Below are positions 19,066-27,939 of a DNA stretch of 64,000 bases, piece after piece. Position 1 is the first letter of the stretch. Every line of letters begins with the position of its first letter. Below the pieces are notes generated by a model. The model made no database searches and had not been told where the DNA came from. It saw only the letters and a list, made by a program, of their open reading frames with translations. A program made the position numbers and the translations under genes. This stretch comes from an uncultured delta proteobacterium (GTDB lineage: Bacteria; Myxococcota; Myxococcia; Myxococcales; Myxococcaceae): NCBI GenBank assembly GCA_963713045.1, contig CAVQKE010000004.1:1024001-1088000 (forward strand). The letters run 5' to 3'.

Positions 19066-20202
19066 TTATATGACGCCCAGGGCGTCCATCTCCGCCGGGC
19101 TGAAGCCGGCCTCGGCCAGCACCTGGCGGCCGTGCGCCCCCAGGGCCGGCGCGCCCGCCTCCGGCACGGGCCCCAGCCGCAGCGGCGTGGCCAGGCGGCG
19201 TGCCCCGTCGGGCCCCTCGACGAAGAGGCCCCGCGCCTGAAATTGCGCCTGCTGCGTCACCTCCTCCGGCGTGCGCACGGCTTCGACGCAGGCGTCCAGT
19301 CCCCGCAGCCGCTCCTCCCAGCTGGCCAGCGGCGCCGAGGCGAAGAGGGCTTCCAATTCGCGGTGGACGTCCTCTGCCTCGCCGCCCTGGGCATAGGCCG
19401 GTAGGGCCAGTTCCGGCCGTCCGAGGCGCTCGCAAAGCGCCGTGAAGAAGCGCGGCTCGAGGGCGGCCACCGCCAGCTGTCGCCCGTCCGCGGTGGTGTA
19501 CAGCCGGTAGCAGGGCAGCCCGCCGTTGAGGATGTCTTTGCCCGGGCGCAGCGCCAACCCACCCGCCAGCTGCGCCGCCAGCGGCAGGTGGAGGAAGGCC
19601 GTCGCCGCGTCGGCCAGCGCCACGTCCACCAGGCGGCCTTCGCCGGTGCGCTCGCGCGCGGACAGGGCGGCGAGAATGCCCACCACGGCAAACAGGGCCC
19701 CGCCCACGTCGGCCAGCTGCCCGCCGGGCACCGCCGGTGCGCTGGCGTAGCCCACCACCCCCGCCCGCGCCTGGTAGCCCAAGTCATGGCCGGCCCGCAG
19801 GCGGTCCGGCCCCGTCTGCCCGAAGCCGGACAGCGCGCACACCACCAGCCGAGGGGACGCCGCCCGCAGGGCAGCGTGCCCAGCCCCCAGCCGCTCCAGG
19901 GTGCCCGGACGGAAGCCTTCCACCAGCACGTCATAGTGGCCGCACAGGCGCACCAGCGCTTGGGCTGCGCCCTTCACTTTCAGGTTCAGCACCAGCGAGC
20001 GCTTGCCGCGGTTGAGCCCGGAAAAGTAGGCGGACATCGGCGGTCCGCCGGGCGGCAAACTGCGCGTTGGGTCCCCGGAAGGCTCCTCCAGCTTGTCCAC
20101 CTGCGCCCCCAAGTCCGCCAGCAACAGGGTGGCGTAGGGGCCGGGAAGCTGCCGGGTGAGGTCCAACACCCGCAGCCCAGTGAGGGGGAGGCCCTCGGAC
20201 AT
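19066..20202 (-). CDS. CoA-transferase family III (CaiB/BaiF)
   Basis: LRVLDLTRQLPGPYAT, LNRGKRS, EGFRPG, GFGQTGP, AGHDLGY. Confidence 0.92.
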   Translation of the reverse strand: MSEGLPLTGLRVLDLTRQLPGPYATLLLADLGAQVDKLEEPSGDPTRSLPPGGPPMSAYFSGLNRGKRSLVLNLKVKGAAQALVRLCGHYDVLVEGFRPGTLERLGAGHAALRAASPRLVVCALSGFGQTGPDRLRAGHDLGYQARAGVVGYASAPAVPGGQLADVGGALFAVVGILAALSARERTGEGRLVDVALADAATAFLHLPLAAQLAGGLALRPGKDILNGGLPCYRLYTTADGRQLAVAALEPRFFTALCERLGRPELALPAYAQGGEAEDVHRELEALFASAPLASWEERLRGLDACVEAVRTPEEVTQQAQFQARGLFVEGPDGARRLATPLRLGPVPEAGAPALGAHGRQVLAEAGFSPAEMDALGVI

Positions 20203-20210
20203 GCGGGCGG

Positions 20211-20546
20211 CTAGGCCAGCAGCTTGCCCAGCTTCATCGCCAGGCCCATGTCCATCGGCTTGAATTTCAGCTTGCCCTGCATGGCAGCCATCTGCGCATT
20301 CAGCTGCTTGTTGCGAATCTTGACGAAGTCCGCTTCGGCCACCGTCACCGTCATCTTCGGCTCGCCCGACGCGCCGGCCGTCACCCAGCCGGCTGGCTTC
20401 GTCAAGTCCAACGTCCAGGTGCCGCCGCCGTCGCCGGTAATGACGAAGTGCACGACGGCATTAATCTCCTTGGCCAGCTCTGGCTTCGACGTCAGCAGCG
20501 CCGGAATGGTTTCCTCAAGAATGCTCTTGGCAGTGGCGTCAGCCAT
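20211..20546 (-). CDS. SCP2 sterol/lipid-binding domain protein
   Basis: GGTWTLDL, NAQMAAMQGKLKF..DMGLAMKL SCP2 signature. Confidence 0.85.
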   Translation of the reverse strand: MADATAKSILEETIPALLTSKPELAKEINAVVHFVITGDGGGTWTLDLTKPAGWVTAGASGEPKMTVTVAEADFVKIRNKQLNAQMAAMQGKLKFKPMDMGLAMKLGKLLA

Positions 20547-20556
20547 GGTCCGGCTC

Positions 20557-20572
20557 CTGATTCCAAAGTCAA
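20557..20572. promoter_or_regulatory. Operator-like site, copy 2 (CTGATT-N4-AGTCAA)
   Basis: CTGATTCCAAAGTCAA about 11 bp upstream of the SCP2 start, same orientation as the copy at 16278. Confidence 0.5.
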
Positions 20573-20806
20573 CGGCGGCCGCACCGTAACGGCCGGGCCG
20601 CCAAAGCGTCAAGCGGACAAGGGGGCGCCCCTTGCCTCCGGCGCCAGACGCAAGGCTTCCCTTCTGCAGTCGTGCGCTGTGCGTCCGACCGCCAGGGGGG
20701 TCGGGCAGCTTGCGCGCGGCTCGCGTTTGGTGCAGATGTGGATGCCGGTGCTTTTGGCGGCGCGCCCTTGGGGGGCGCTCGCCACCCTGGAAGAGGCGTT
20801 CACCGC

Positions 20807-21058
20807 ATGTTTGGTCTCAAGATGAGCGAGCTGGTCATCATCCTCGTCATCGCCCTGGTGCTGTTTGGCGGGGCGAAGTTGCCGCAGCTGGGCTCGTCGC
20901 TGGGCCAGGCCATCCGCAACTTCAAGAAGGGCTTTGGAGGCGAGGAGCAGACGCCCCCCGAGGCGCCGCAGCGGGCCGGTGGCACCCTGAGCGGCGGCGG
21001 CGACGCCGATGCCACCCCGCGGCCGCGCACCGCCACTCCCACCAGCAAGGACGTCTAA
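20807..21058 (+). CDS. tatA: Twin-arginine translocase TatA/TatE subunit
   Basis: ELVIILVIALVLFGGAKLPQLGSSLGQAIRNFKKG. Confidence 0.92.
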   Translation: MFGLKMSELVIILVIALVLFGGAKLPQLGSSLGQAIRNFKKGFGGEEQTPPEAPQRAGGTLSGGGDADATPRPRTATPTSKDV

Positions 21059-21081
21059 CTGCCCTGCAGCGGAGCCTCGAC

Positions 21082-22938
21082 TCAGACGACGACTTTATCG
21101 CCGTCGTAGAGGCTGTCCAGAGTGACTTGGTATTTGACGGTGCAGGCCTTCCGCTTCACTTTCAGCGTCGGGGTGAGTTCTCCCGTCTCCTGGCTGAAGT
21201 CATGGTCCATCAGGGCAAAGCGCTTCAGCTGGTTGTGGGGCGGCTCATGGGCATTGAAGTCGTCGAGGGTGGCCTGCACCGCCTTGATGACTTCGGGCCG
21301 CTTCGCTAGGTCGGCGTAGCTTTGCGCCGGCGGCGCACCGGCGGCTGCCAGCACGCGCTTGGCCGCCTCTTCATTGACGGTGATGAGTGCCGACAAGTAC
21401 TTCCGCTTGTCGCCATAGACCATCACCTGGCTGATGATGGGACGCGTCTTGAGCGAGTTTTCGAGGTTCTGCGGCGCGACATTCTTCCCGCCGGCGGTGA
21501 CGATGATGTCCTTCTTCCGGTCGGTGATGCGCACCGAGCCGTCGGCGTCAATCTCGCCAATGTCGCCCGAACGAAACCAGCCATCGGCGGAGATGGCCTC
21601 CTGGGTGGCCTCCGGGTTGCGGTAGTAACCCAGCATCACGTTGGGCCCGCGGATGAGGATTTCCCCATCCGAGGCAATCTTCACCTCACAGCCGGGCAGC
21701 GGCGGACCGACGGTGCCGATTTTGACCTTGCCATGTCGGTTGACAGTGGCGGCCGCCGACGTCTCCGTCAGCCCGTAGCCCTCCAGCACCTCAAAGCCGA
21801 GCAAGTCGAAGAAGTAGGCAATTTTACGCGATAGCGGCGCGCCGCCGGAGACGAAGAAGCGCATCCGTCCACCCAGCTTCGCGGCCAGCGCGGTGCGCAC
21901 CTTGGAGAACACCAGGCGGTTGGCCAGTGAAAAGGAGAACGAACTGTATTCGCGACCCTGCAGCCGGGCGTTGACGTACTCCTCGAAGAGGCGCATCGCC
22001 CAGCGGAAGAGGCGGCCCTTCAGCCCCGGCGCGGAGGAGCCGTTGGAGACCACGCCCTCGTACACCTTTTCAAAAATGCGCGGGACCGACGGTAGGACGG
22101 AGGGGGACGTCTCCACCAAGTCGGCCATCAGCTTGTCGGTGCCCCGGGAGAAAATCATCCGGAAGCCCATGCTGAGCCAGGCCGCCTTCACCACCTGGGC
22201 GAAGCTATGGGCCAGAGGCAAAAACAGCATCACCGAGTCTTCCGGCCCCATCAGCCCCACCTGCGCACAGGCACTGGCCTCGTAGGCCCAGTTGCCGTGC
22301 GTCAGCTGCACGCCCTTCGGATTCCCGGTGGTGCCGGAGGTGTAGATGAAGAGACAGCTGTCGGACATCTTGATGCTACCGATGCGCGTCTCGAAGCCGC
22401 GGGGGTCCGCTTTTTCGACACTGTCTCCCTTGGCCAGGAAGTCCCGGTAGGACATCTCGGAGGCTGCAGTGGGAGGCGCGTCGAAAAGCACCACGCCCTT
22501 CACCGCCGGAGCCCGGTGCAGGATGGAGCGCACTCGGCTGGCGCGACCGGACACGCGACCGTCGGCCAGGTCATCGTCGACGAAGAGAAGCACCGCGCCA
22601 GAGTGCTCGAGGATGTACTGCACCTCCTCCGGCGTGTTGGAGGCGTAAATGGGGATGGTGATGCCGCGGGTCGCGGAGACGGCCAAATCGACGATGCACC
22701 AGCGGAGCGAGGTGGCGGCGAAGACGGCCACCCGGTCTCCCGGCTTCAGGCCCTGCCCGACCAGGGCCGCGGAGAGGCGCCGCACTTCATCCCGAATGGC
22801 GCCCCAGGTGACATTCTTCCAAGCGCCGCCCTCGTACGACACCGCGCCCACCACGTCGGGCTGGGCGGCCCGCGCGATGAGAAGGGACACCAAATTCAAC
22901 TGCGCCGTCGCCGGCGCCATCTGCTGCTCCGCTCGCAC
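21082..22938 (-). CDS. fadD: Long-chain fatty acid--CoA ligase
   Basis: YTSGTTGNPKG, EGYGLTE, SGDIG, DRKKD, LTPTLKVKR. Confidence 0.9.
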   Translation of the reverse strand: MRAEQQMAPATAQLNLVSLLIARAAQPDVVGAVSYEGGAWKNVTWGAIRDEVRRLSAALVGQGLKPGDRVAVFAATSLRWCIVDLAVSATRGITIPIYASNTPEEVQYILEHSGAVLLFVDDDLADGRVSGRASRVRSILHRAPAVKGVVLFDAPPTAASEMSYRDFLAKGDSVEKADPRGFETRIGSIKMSDSCLFIYTSGTTGNPKGVQLTHGNWAYEASACAQVGLMGPEDSVMLFLPLAHSFAQVVKAAWLSMGFRMIFSRGTDKLMADLVETSPSVLPSVPRIFEKVYEGVVSNGSSAPGLKGRLFRWAMRLFEEYVNARLQGREYSSFSFSLANRLVFSKVRTALAAKLGGRMRFFVSGGAPLSRKIAYFFDLLGFEVLEGYGLTETSAAATVNRHGKVKIGTVGPPLPGCEVKIASDGEILIRGPNVMLGYYRNPEATQEAISADGWFRSGDIGEIDADGSVRITDRKKDIIVTAGGKNVAPQNLENSLKTRPIISQVMVYGDKRKYLSALITVNEEAAKRVLAAAGAPPAQSYADLAKRPEVIKAVQATLDDFNAHEPPHNQLKRFALMDHDFSQETGELTPTLKVKRKACTVKYQVTLDSLYDGDKVVV

Positions 22939-22940
22939 TG

Positions 22941-23714
22941 TCAGTGCTCCTTATCCATCTGCTGGGCGATTTTCCTCCCCAGCGCCTTGCAGCGTCGCTC
23001 CTCCGCGGGGTCATCCGGAAGGCTCGCCTTCTCCAGCCGCGCCAGTGTCTCCCGGGCGGCGGTGGGGTTTCCATCCTGCCACTGCGTTTCGGCCAGCCAG
23101 GCCATCGCCCGAAGCGCGTTGGGGTCGGCCGTCAGGGCGCGCTTCAGCCAGTCGGCCGACTTCCAGAGGTTCCGCTTGGGCCACGGCAACTCAAAGTAGT
23201 AGCGGCCCTTCACCGCCAGGGGGCCGGCATGGGCAAACTTCGGGTCGATGCTGATGGCCTTGTCCAGCCTTTCGTTAAACTTGGACTCGAGGCCCATGCC
23301 GAGGGCGTTGAGGATGCCGACCGCCTGGCTGTAGGAGCCGATGCCGGCGGCAGCGAAGTAATAGCCCTCCACAGCGCCTGGGTTCACCTTGGCCGCGCGG
23401 TCCCCATAGTCCCAGGTGGCCTGGCCGAGGGCCTTCTTCTTCTCGTTGTCCGACTCCCCGTCGCCAGCCCACAGACGGATGCGTGCCGCCCGCCACAGGT
23501 AGCCGAAGTCGTCGGGGTGCGCCTTGGCGCCGTCCTCCGTCAACTTCAGCAATTGTTCTTGCACGCCCATCTCATCCCGGTGCAGCCACAGGACGTCCAG
23601 TTGGGCGTAGCCGGAGACAGCGGCTGGCGCGGGGCCGGCGTCGATGCTGTCGGCCGAAGACGCAACCAGCGGAAACAGCAACAGGCACGGCAGACACACA
23701 AGGGCGCGGTGCAT
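22941..23714 (-). CDS. Exported TPR protein resembling RMDN (regulator of microtubule dynamics)-type TPR domains
   Basis: Signal peptide; LWRAAR...EKKK...GI...KAISIDP...G.YYFELPWPKR; stop 2 bp before the fadD start. Confidence 0.7.
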   Translation of the reverse strand: MHRALVCLPCLLLFPLVASSADSIDAGPAPAAVSGYAQLDVLWLHRDEMGVQEQLLKLTEDGAKAHPDDFGYLWRAARIRLWAGDGESDNEKKKALGQATWDYGDRAAKVNPGAVEGYYFAAAGIGSYSQAVGILNALGMGLESKFNERLDKAISIDPKFAHAGPLAVKGRYYFELPWPKRNLWKSADWLKRALTADPNALRAMAWLAETQWQDGNPTAARETLARLEKASLPDDPAEERRCKALGRKIAQQMDKEH

Positions 23715-23842
23715 GCGCCGGCGTTTAGCATGGCCCAAGAAGGGCCACTACGCTCCAGGCACCCTAGGCCGGGTACAAGGCCCGCATCGCGCAGGGCGTC
23801 AAAGCCCCTGGAGGGGTATAGCAGCCCTCCAGGCCGGGGGCT

Positions 23843-24580
23843 TCATGCCGCGTCTGCGGTGAGGTCCTGCTGTTCCTCGTCCTGGTTGAAGGCGCTCAGG
23901 TAGCGGGCCAGGAAATGCTTGGTCTTCAGCTCGACTTGGCGCACCCGCTCCCGGGAGACGCCCCAGCGCTGCCCAAGCTCTTCCAGCGTCCGCGGCTTGT
24001 CCTGCGTCAGCCTCTCTTGGACGATGTCCCAGCCGAGGTCACCAATGCGCTTCTTCACCTTGGCCAGCGCCGCTTGGACTTCCTCGTCCTGTTCCTTGCC
24101 GATGAAGCTGTCCTGCGGCCCCGCGCTCGGCTCCTCAAGGCGTTCCAAGAAGGTGGTTTCCCCGTCCTCGTCGATGGTGACGTCCAAGCTGAAGTCCACC
24201 ATGCTGCCGCGCTCGGATTCGCCGCCGCGCACTTGGCTCCGGTTGTCCTTCAGGTACCGGGTGATGTACGCGCGAATCCACCACACCGCATAGGTGGCGA
24301 AGCGGACGTTCTTCTTCGGGTCGAAGTGTTCGATGGCCTTCATCAACCCGACGTTGCCTTCCTGGACCAGGTCGTCCAACCGGGCCCCGCGGTGGGCAAA
24401 CTTCTTCGCCACCGCCACCACGAAGGCGAGGTTGGACATGGCCAGCGTCTCCCGCGCCTGCTCGTCCCCCTTGCGGGCTCGCCGCGCGAGGGCATACTCC
24501 TGCTCTCGCGTCAGCTGTGGGCGACTGCCCATCTGCCGCAGGTAGGGCGCGATGTTTTCGCGGGGGAAGCTGCTCGCCAT
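23843..24580 (-). CDS. Alternative sigma-70 family sigma factor
   Basis: Region 1.2 YLRQMG..QLTREQE, region 2 DLVQEGNVGLMKA..FATYAVWWIR, region 4 TLEELGQRWGVSRERVRQVE; reduced region 3. Confidence 0.92.
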   Translation of the reverse strand: MASSFPRENIAPYLRQMGSRPQLTREQEYALARRARKGDEQARETLAMSNLAFVVAVAKKFAHRGARLDDLVQEGNVGLMKAIEHFDPKKNVRFATYAVWWIRAYITRYLKDNRSQVRGGESERGSMVDFSLDVTIDEDGETTFLERLEEPSAGPQDSFIGKEQDEEVQAALAKVKKRIGDLGWDIVQERLTQDKPRTLEELGQRWGVSRERVRQVELKTKHFLARYLSAFNQDEEQQDLTADAA

Positions 24581-24748
24581 TCGGTCCGACCTCCTCGTCG
24601 GGATGATGTCCAGCGGGCCCTGGTGACCCACCTCGACAGCTACTGAGACGCGCGAGTGCCGATTGCGTTTCCACACATTCCGAGGGCTTGGGTGGCGGTC
24701 CCCTCATCGGGCCCATTCGCCGCGTTAATCCGGGCTAACCCGTTGAAG

Positions 24749-26149
24749 TCACTGAAGGGGAAAAATCTTCCCGGGATTCAACAGCCCGAGCGGGTCAAAC
24801 AGGGCTTTCAGCTGGCGCTGCAGCTGCAGCACGCCCGCTGACTGTTCCAACGGCAGCAGGTCCCGCTTGGCCAGCCCGACGCCGTGCTCGCCGGTGATGG
24901 TGCCGCCGACGGAGATGGCCAGCTCGGCCATTTGCCTGAGGGCGCGCTCCACCAGCGGCTTTTGCTGCTGACTGTTGAAGAGGATGTTGGCGTGCAGGTT
25001 GCCGTCGCCGGCGTGGCCATAGGTGGCGACGGTGAGGCCGAGCTCCTCGCCCATCGCCTTGAGGCGCTGGATGACGTCCGGGATGGCCGAGCGTGGCACC
25101 GCAATGTCCTCGGACAACTTGTGCTTTGCAAGCGAGCGGAGCGCGGTGCTGACACTCCGCCGGGCGGCCCACAGCGCCTCGCGCTGGGCGCCCCCTTGGG
25201 CCAGCAGCGTCTCGGTGGCGCCGTGGGCGGCCGCAATTTCACCGAGGTGGGCCAGCTCGGCGAAGACGGCGTCCTCCTGGTTCCCGTCCACCTCGGCCAG
25301 CACCGCCGCGCCGGTGCCGCTCGGAAAGCGAAAGCCCCGGCCGTCCACGGCGCGGATGGACACCTCGTCCAACAGCTCCAACGTGCGGGGGAGAATTCCC
25401 CCGGCCAGCACCGCGGTGACCGCCCGCGCTGCATGCAGCAAGTCCGGGAAGATGAGCAGCGCCGTTTGTACCACGCGCGGCAGCGGCAACAGCTGCAGCG
25501 TCATTTCGGTGGCCACCCCCAGCGTGCCTTCGCTTCCGACCAAAAGGCCGACCAAGTCATAGCCGGCCACCCCTTTGATGGTTTGCCGGCCCACCCGCAG
25601 GACGTCTCCTCCTGGCATCACCCATTGCAGTCCAAGCACGTAGTCTCGGGTGACGCCGTATTTGAGGGCCCGGGGGCCGCCGGCATTCTCGGCCACGTTT
25701 CCGCCCAGGGTGCACCACTCCCAGGAGTTGGGGTCCGGCGGGTAAAACAGGCCCACCTCCTCGGCGGCCTTCATGAAGTCCCCGGTGATGACGCCCGGTT
25801 CCACCACCGCCGTCAGGTCCTCCACCGACAGCCGTTTGATGGCCTTCATCCGCTCCAGACTTAAGACCACCCCCCCGTCCACCGGCATGGAGCCACCACT
25901 CTTTCCACTCCGGGCCCCGCAGGGCGTGACGGGCACCTGGTGCGCCTGGGTGGTGCGCAGCACCTGGCTGACCTGGGCCGTCGTCTCGGCCAGCACCACC
26001 AAGTCGGCGGCCGTCGTCCCGAGGTCCGACTCGTCGCGTCCATAGTCCGCCAGCGCTTGGGCATCGGTGCGCAGCTGGTCGGGCTTCAGCGCCTTGGCCA
26101 ACTCCCGGGTACAGGCCTCCAGCTGCGCGGCCGTCGGGCGACGACTCAT
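24749..26149 (-). CDS. FAD-linked oxidase, glycolate oxidase GlcD / D-lactate dehydrogenase family
   Basis: YPPDPNS, GGNVAENAGG, KGVAGYDL, GSEGTLG, GHAGDGNLH, GTITGEHGVG, LNPGKI. Confidence 0.9.
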   Translation of the reverse strand: MSRRPTAAQLEACTRELAKALKPDQLRTDAQALADYGRDESDLGTTAADLVVLAETTAQVSQVLRTTQAHQVPVTPCGARSGKSGGSMPVDGGVVLSLERMKAIKRLSVEDLTAVVEPGVITGDFMKAAEEVGLFYPPDPNSWEWCTLGGNVAENAGGPRALKYGVTRDYVLGLQWVMPGGDVLRVGRQTIKGVAGYDLVGLLVGSEGTLGVATEMTLQLLPLPRVVQTALLIFPDLLHAARAVTAVLAGGILPRTLELLDEVSIRAVDGRGFRFPSGTGAAVLAEVDGNQEDAVFAELAHLGEIAAAHGATETLLAQGGAQREALWAARRSVSTALRSLAKHKLSEDIAVPRSAIPDVIQRLKAMGEELGLTVATYGHAGDGNLHANILFNSQQQKPLVERALRQMAELAISVGGTITGEHGVGLAKRDLLPLEQSAGVLQLQRQLKALFDPLGLLNPGKIFPLQ

Positions 26150-26853
26150 CCAAACACCTCTATCAGGCTGCCGGTCATGGCCAACGGCGCCTCGGCGCAG
26201 AGGAAGCGCACCACCCGGGCCACCTCCTCCGCCGTCATCTTCGGCGGGAAGCCCGAGCCTCGCAGCATTTCGGTGTCCGTGCTGCCCGGAAGTACCGCCG
26301 CCACCAGCACCCCATGCTCCTTCACCTCCTCGGACAGCGCTTTGGTGAGGCCATTCAGCCCCCACTTGCTGGCGCAGTAGGCGGCCATGCCGGCCGTGCC
26401 CACCGTCGCGCTGACGGAGGAGACATTCACCAGGCGGCCCCAGCCGCGCTCCACCATGCCGGGGAGCAGTCGGCGCGCCAAGTAGAAGGGCCCGGAGAGG
26501 TTGACCGACAGCACCCTTTCGAAGTCCGCGTCGGCCATGGCCTGCAGCGGCCGCCGCAGGGCCACCCCAGCGTTGTTGACCAGGACGTCCACCGGCCCCA
26601 GCGCGCGCTGCACTTCGGCCAAGGCGACGTCCAGCGCCGCAGGACTGGCGACGTCCGCGGCGACGGCGTGCGCCCTCCGGCCTGAGGCCCGCAGCGCCTC
26701 GGCCACTGGCGCCGCACCTTCCAGGTGGGTGGACAGCACGGCCACCGCCGCCCCCTCCTCGGCCAGCGTCCGGGCGACGGCGCGGCCAATGCCTCGCGAG
26801 GCGCCGGTGACCAGCGCCACCCGCCCGGCCAGCCGCGCCGGCGGAGTCGTCAC
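26146..26853 (-). CDS. Short-chain dehydrogenase/reductase
   Basis: TGASRGIG, VNNAG, NVSS, YCASK; 4-bp overlaps with both neighbours. Confidence 0.9.
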   Translation of the reverse strand: MTTPPARLAGRVALVTGASRGIGRAVARTLAEEGAAVAVLSTHLEGAAPVAEALRASGRRAHAVAADVASPAALDVALAEVQRALGPVDVLVNNAGVALRRPLQAMADADFERVLSVNLSGPFYLARRLLPGMVERGWGRLVNVSSVSATVGTAGMAAYCASKWGLNGLTKALSEEVKEHGVLVAAVLPGSTDTEMLRGSGFPPKMTAEEVARVVRFLCAEAPLAMTGSLIEVFG

Positions 26854-27452
26854 CGGGTGGCCCCGGCACCAGCGGCAATCCGCGTCCAAAACTCGCGCCG
26901 CAACGGACCGTCCTTGCGCAAACGACCGGTGTAGGCCTCGCAGTGGGTGACCGCGTCGGACTGCTCCTCGCCCCGCACGCGAAGGCAGGCCTGGTGGGCC
27001 TCCAGCACGCAGGCCGTGCCGGGGCTACCCAATTCAGTCGCCAGCGCCTGCGCCACGTTCCGGGCCAGGGTCTCCTGCAGCACCAGCCGGTGGGCCAGCG
27101 TGTCGAGCAGCGTGGCCAGCCTCCCGAAGCCCACCACCCGCCGCCCTGGCACGTAGGCCAAATGCGCCCGGCCCTCCACCGGCAACAGGTGGTGGGGACA
27201 CATGGAATGGAAGCGCAGGCCCGTCACCACCACCAGCTCACCTCGCGAGCCGGGGGGCGCGGGGTAGGTTTCGGCCAGGGCCTCGGAGGCGGTCCGGCTG
27301 TAGCCGTCAAGGAAGCCCGAGGCCCAGGCCGCAGCGACGCGCGCCGGTGTCTCGGTCAACTCCGGGGAGTGGACGTCCAACCCGGCGGCCGACAGGAAGT
27401 CCGCCACCGCGCGCTCCATCGCCTGCACATCCGGAGGCCGCCTCTTCTTCAA
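26850..27452 (-). CDS. folE: GTP cyclohydrolase I
   Basis: ETPARVA, FHSMCPHHLLP, AHLAYVP, RLVLQE, HQACLRVRG; TTG start overlapping the queD stop. Confidence 0.88.
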   Translation of the reverse strand: MKKRRPPDVQAMERAVADFLSAAGLDVHSPELTETPARVAAAWASGFLDGYSRTASEALAETYPAPPGSRGELVVVTGLRFHSMCPHHLLPVEGRAHLAYVPGRRVVGFGRLATLLDTLAHRLVLQETLARNVAQALATELGSPGTACVLEAHQACLRVRGEEQSDAVTHCEAYTGRLRKDGPLRREFWTRIAAGAGATR

Positions 27453-27802
27453 TCGGGCCGGTAGCTGACGCAGTACTCGGGCGTTTCCCACAGGCGAAGT
27501 TCCTTGAGCTCGGGAATGGCCGGCGCCAGCCGGTCCCACATCCAGACAATCACGTTTTCCGCGGTGGGGTTGTCCATGAAGTCGTTGAGGGTGTGGTGGT
27601 CACACTGGTTGAGCGCGAGCTCCCAGGTCCGCTTGCGCAGCACCTCGAAATCCAAAATCATCCCGTCCTGCGGGTTGGGGACGCCGGTGGCGACGACTTG
27701 CAACCGGTAGTTGTGCCCATGCATCCGGTTGCAGGGGCCGTCGTAGTACGGCAGCCGGTGCGCGGCACAGAAGTGAAAGTCCACCGAGAGTTCCATCGGC
27801 AT
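27449..27802 (-). CDS. queD: 6-carboxytetrahydropterin synthase / PTPS family
   Basis: FCAAHRL, CNRMHGHNY (CX3HGH), GMILDF, DHHTLN, NPTAEN, LWET. Confidence 0.88.
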   Translation of the reverse strand: MPMELSVDFHFCAAHRLPYYDGPCNRMHGHNYRLQVVATGVPNPQDGMILDFEVLRKRTWELALNQCDHHTLNDFMDNPTAENVIVWMWDRLAPAIPELKELRLWETPEYCVSYRPD

Positions 27803-27885
27803 CGTCGCGTCGTCCTGTCCTTCAGCTGCAGGGGCCGGCGAAAGCCGGGGAGCCCTCCTAACTGTACCGCGCGACGGCCGCAACC

Positions 27886-27917
27886 ACCCGGGGGCCGGCG
27901 GCCGCCGGCCCCCGGGT
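27886..27917. repeat. Perfect 32-bp GC-rich palindrome
   Basis: ACCCGGGGGCCGGCGGCCGCCGGCCCCCGGGT equals its own reverse complement; lies between the isochorismatase stop and the queD start. Confidence 0.85.
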
Positions 27918-27939
27918 TGCCCCCGTTGCTGAAGGCTCT

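Noticed and set aside
16502..19435. 977-aa N-terminally extended MgtA, and similar extensions of the FAD oxidase, argF and argJ in the ORF track
   Set aside because: Extensions overlap upstream genes in another frame; coupled downstream starts fit better
26850..27802. folE-queD as part of a dpd 7-deazaguanine DNA-modification island
   Set aside because: No dpdA/tgt, queC, queE or helicase genes in the window
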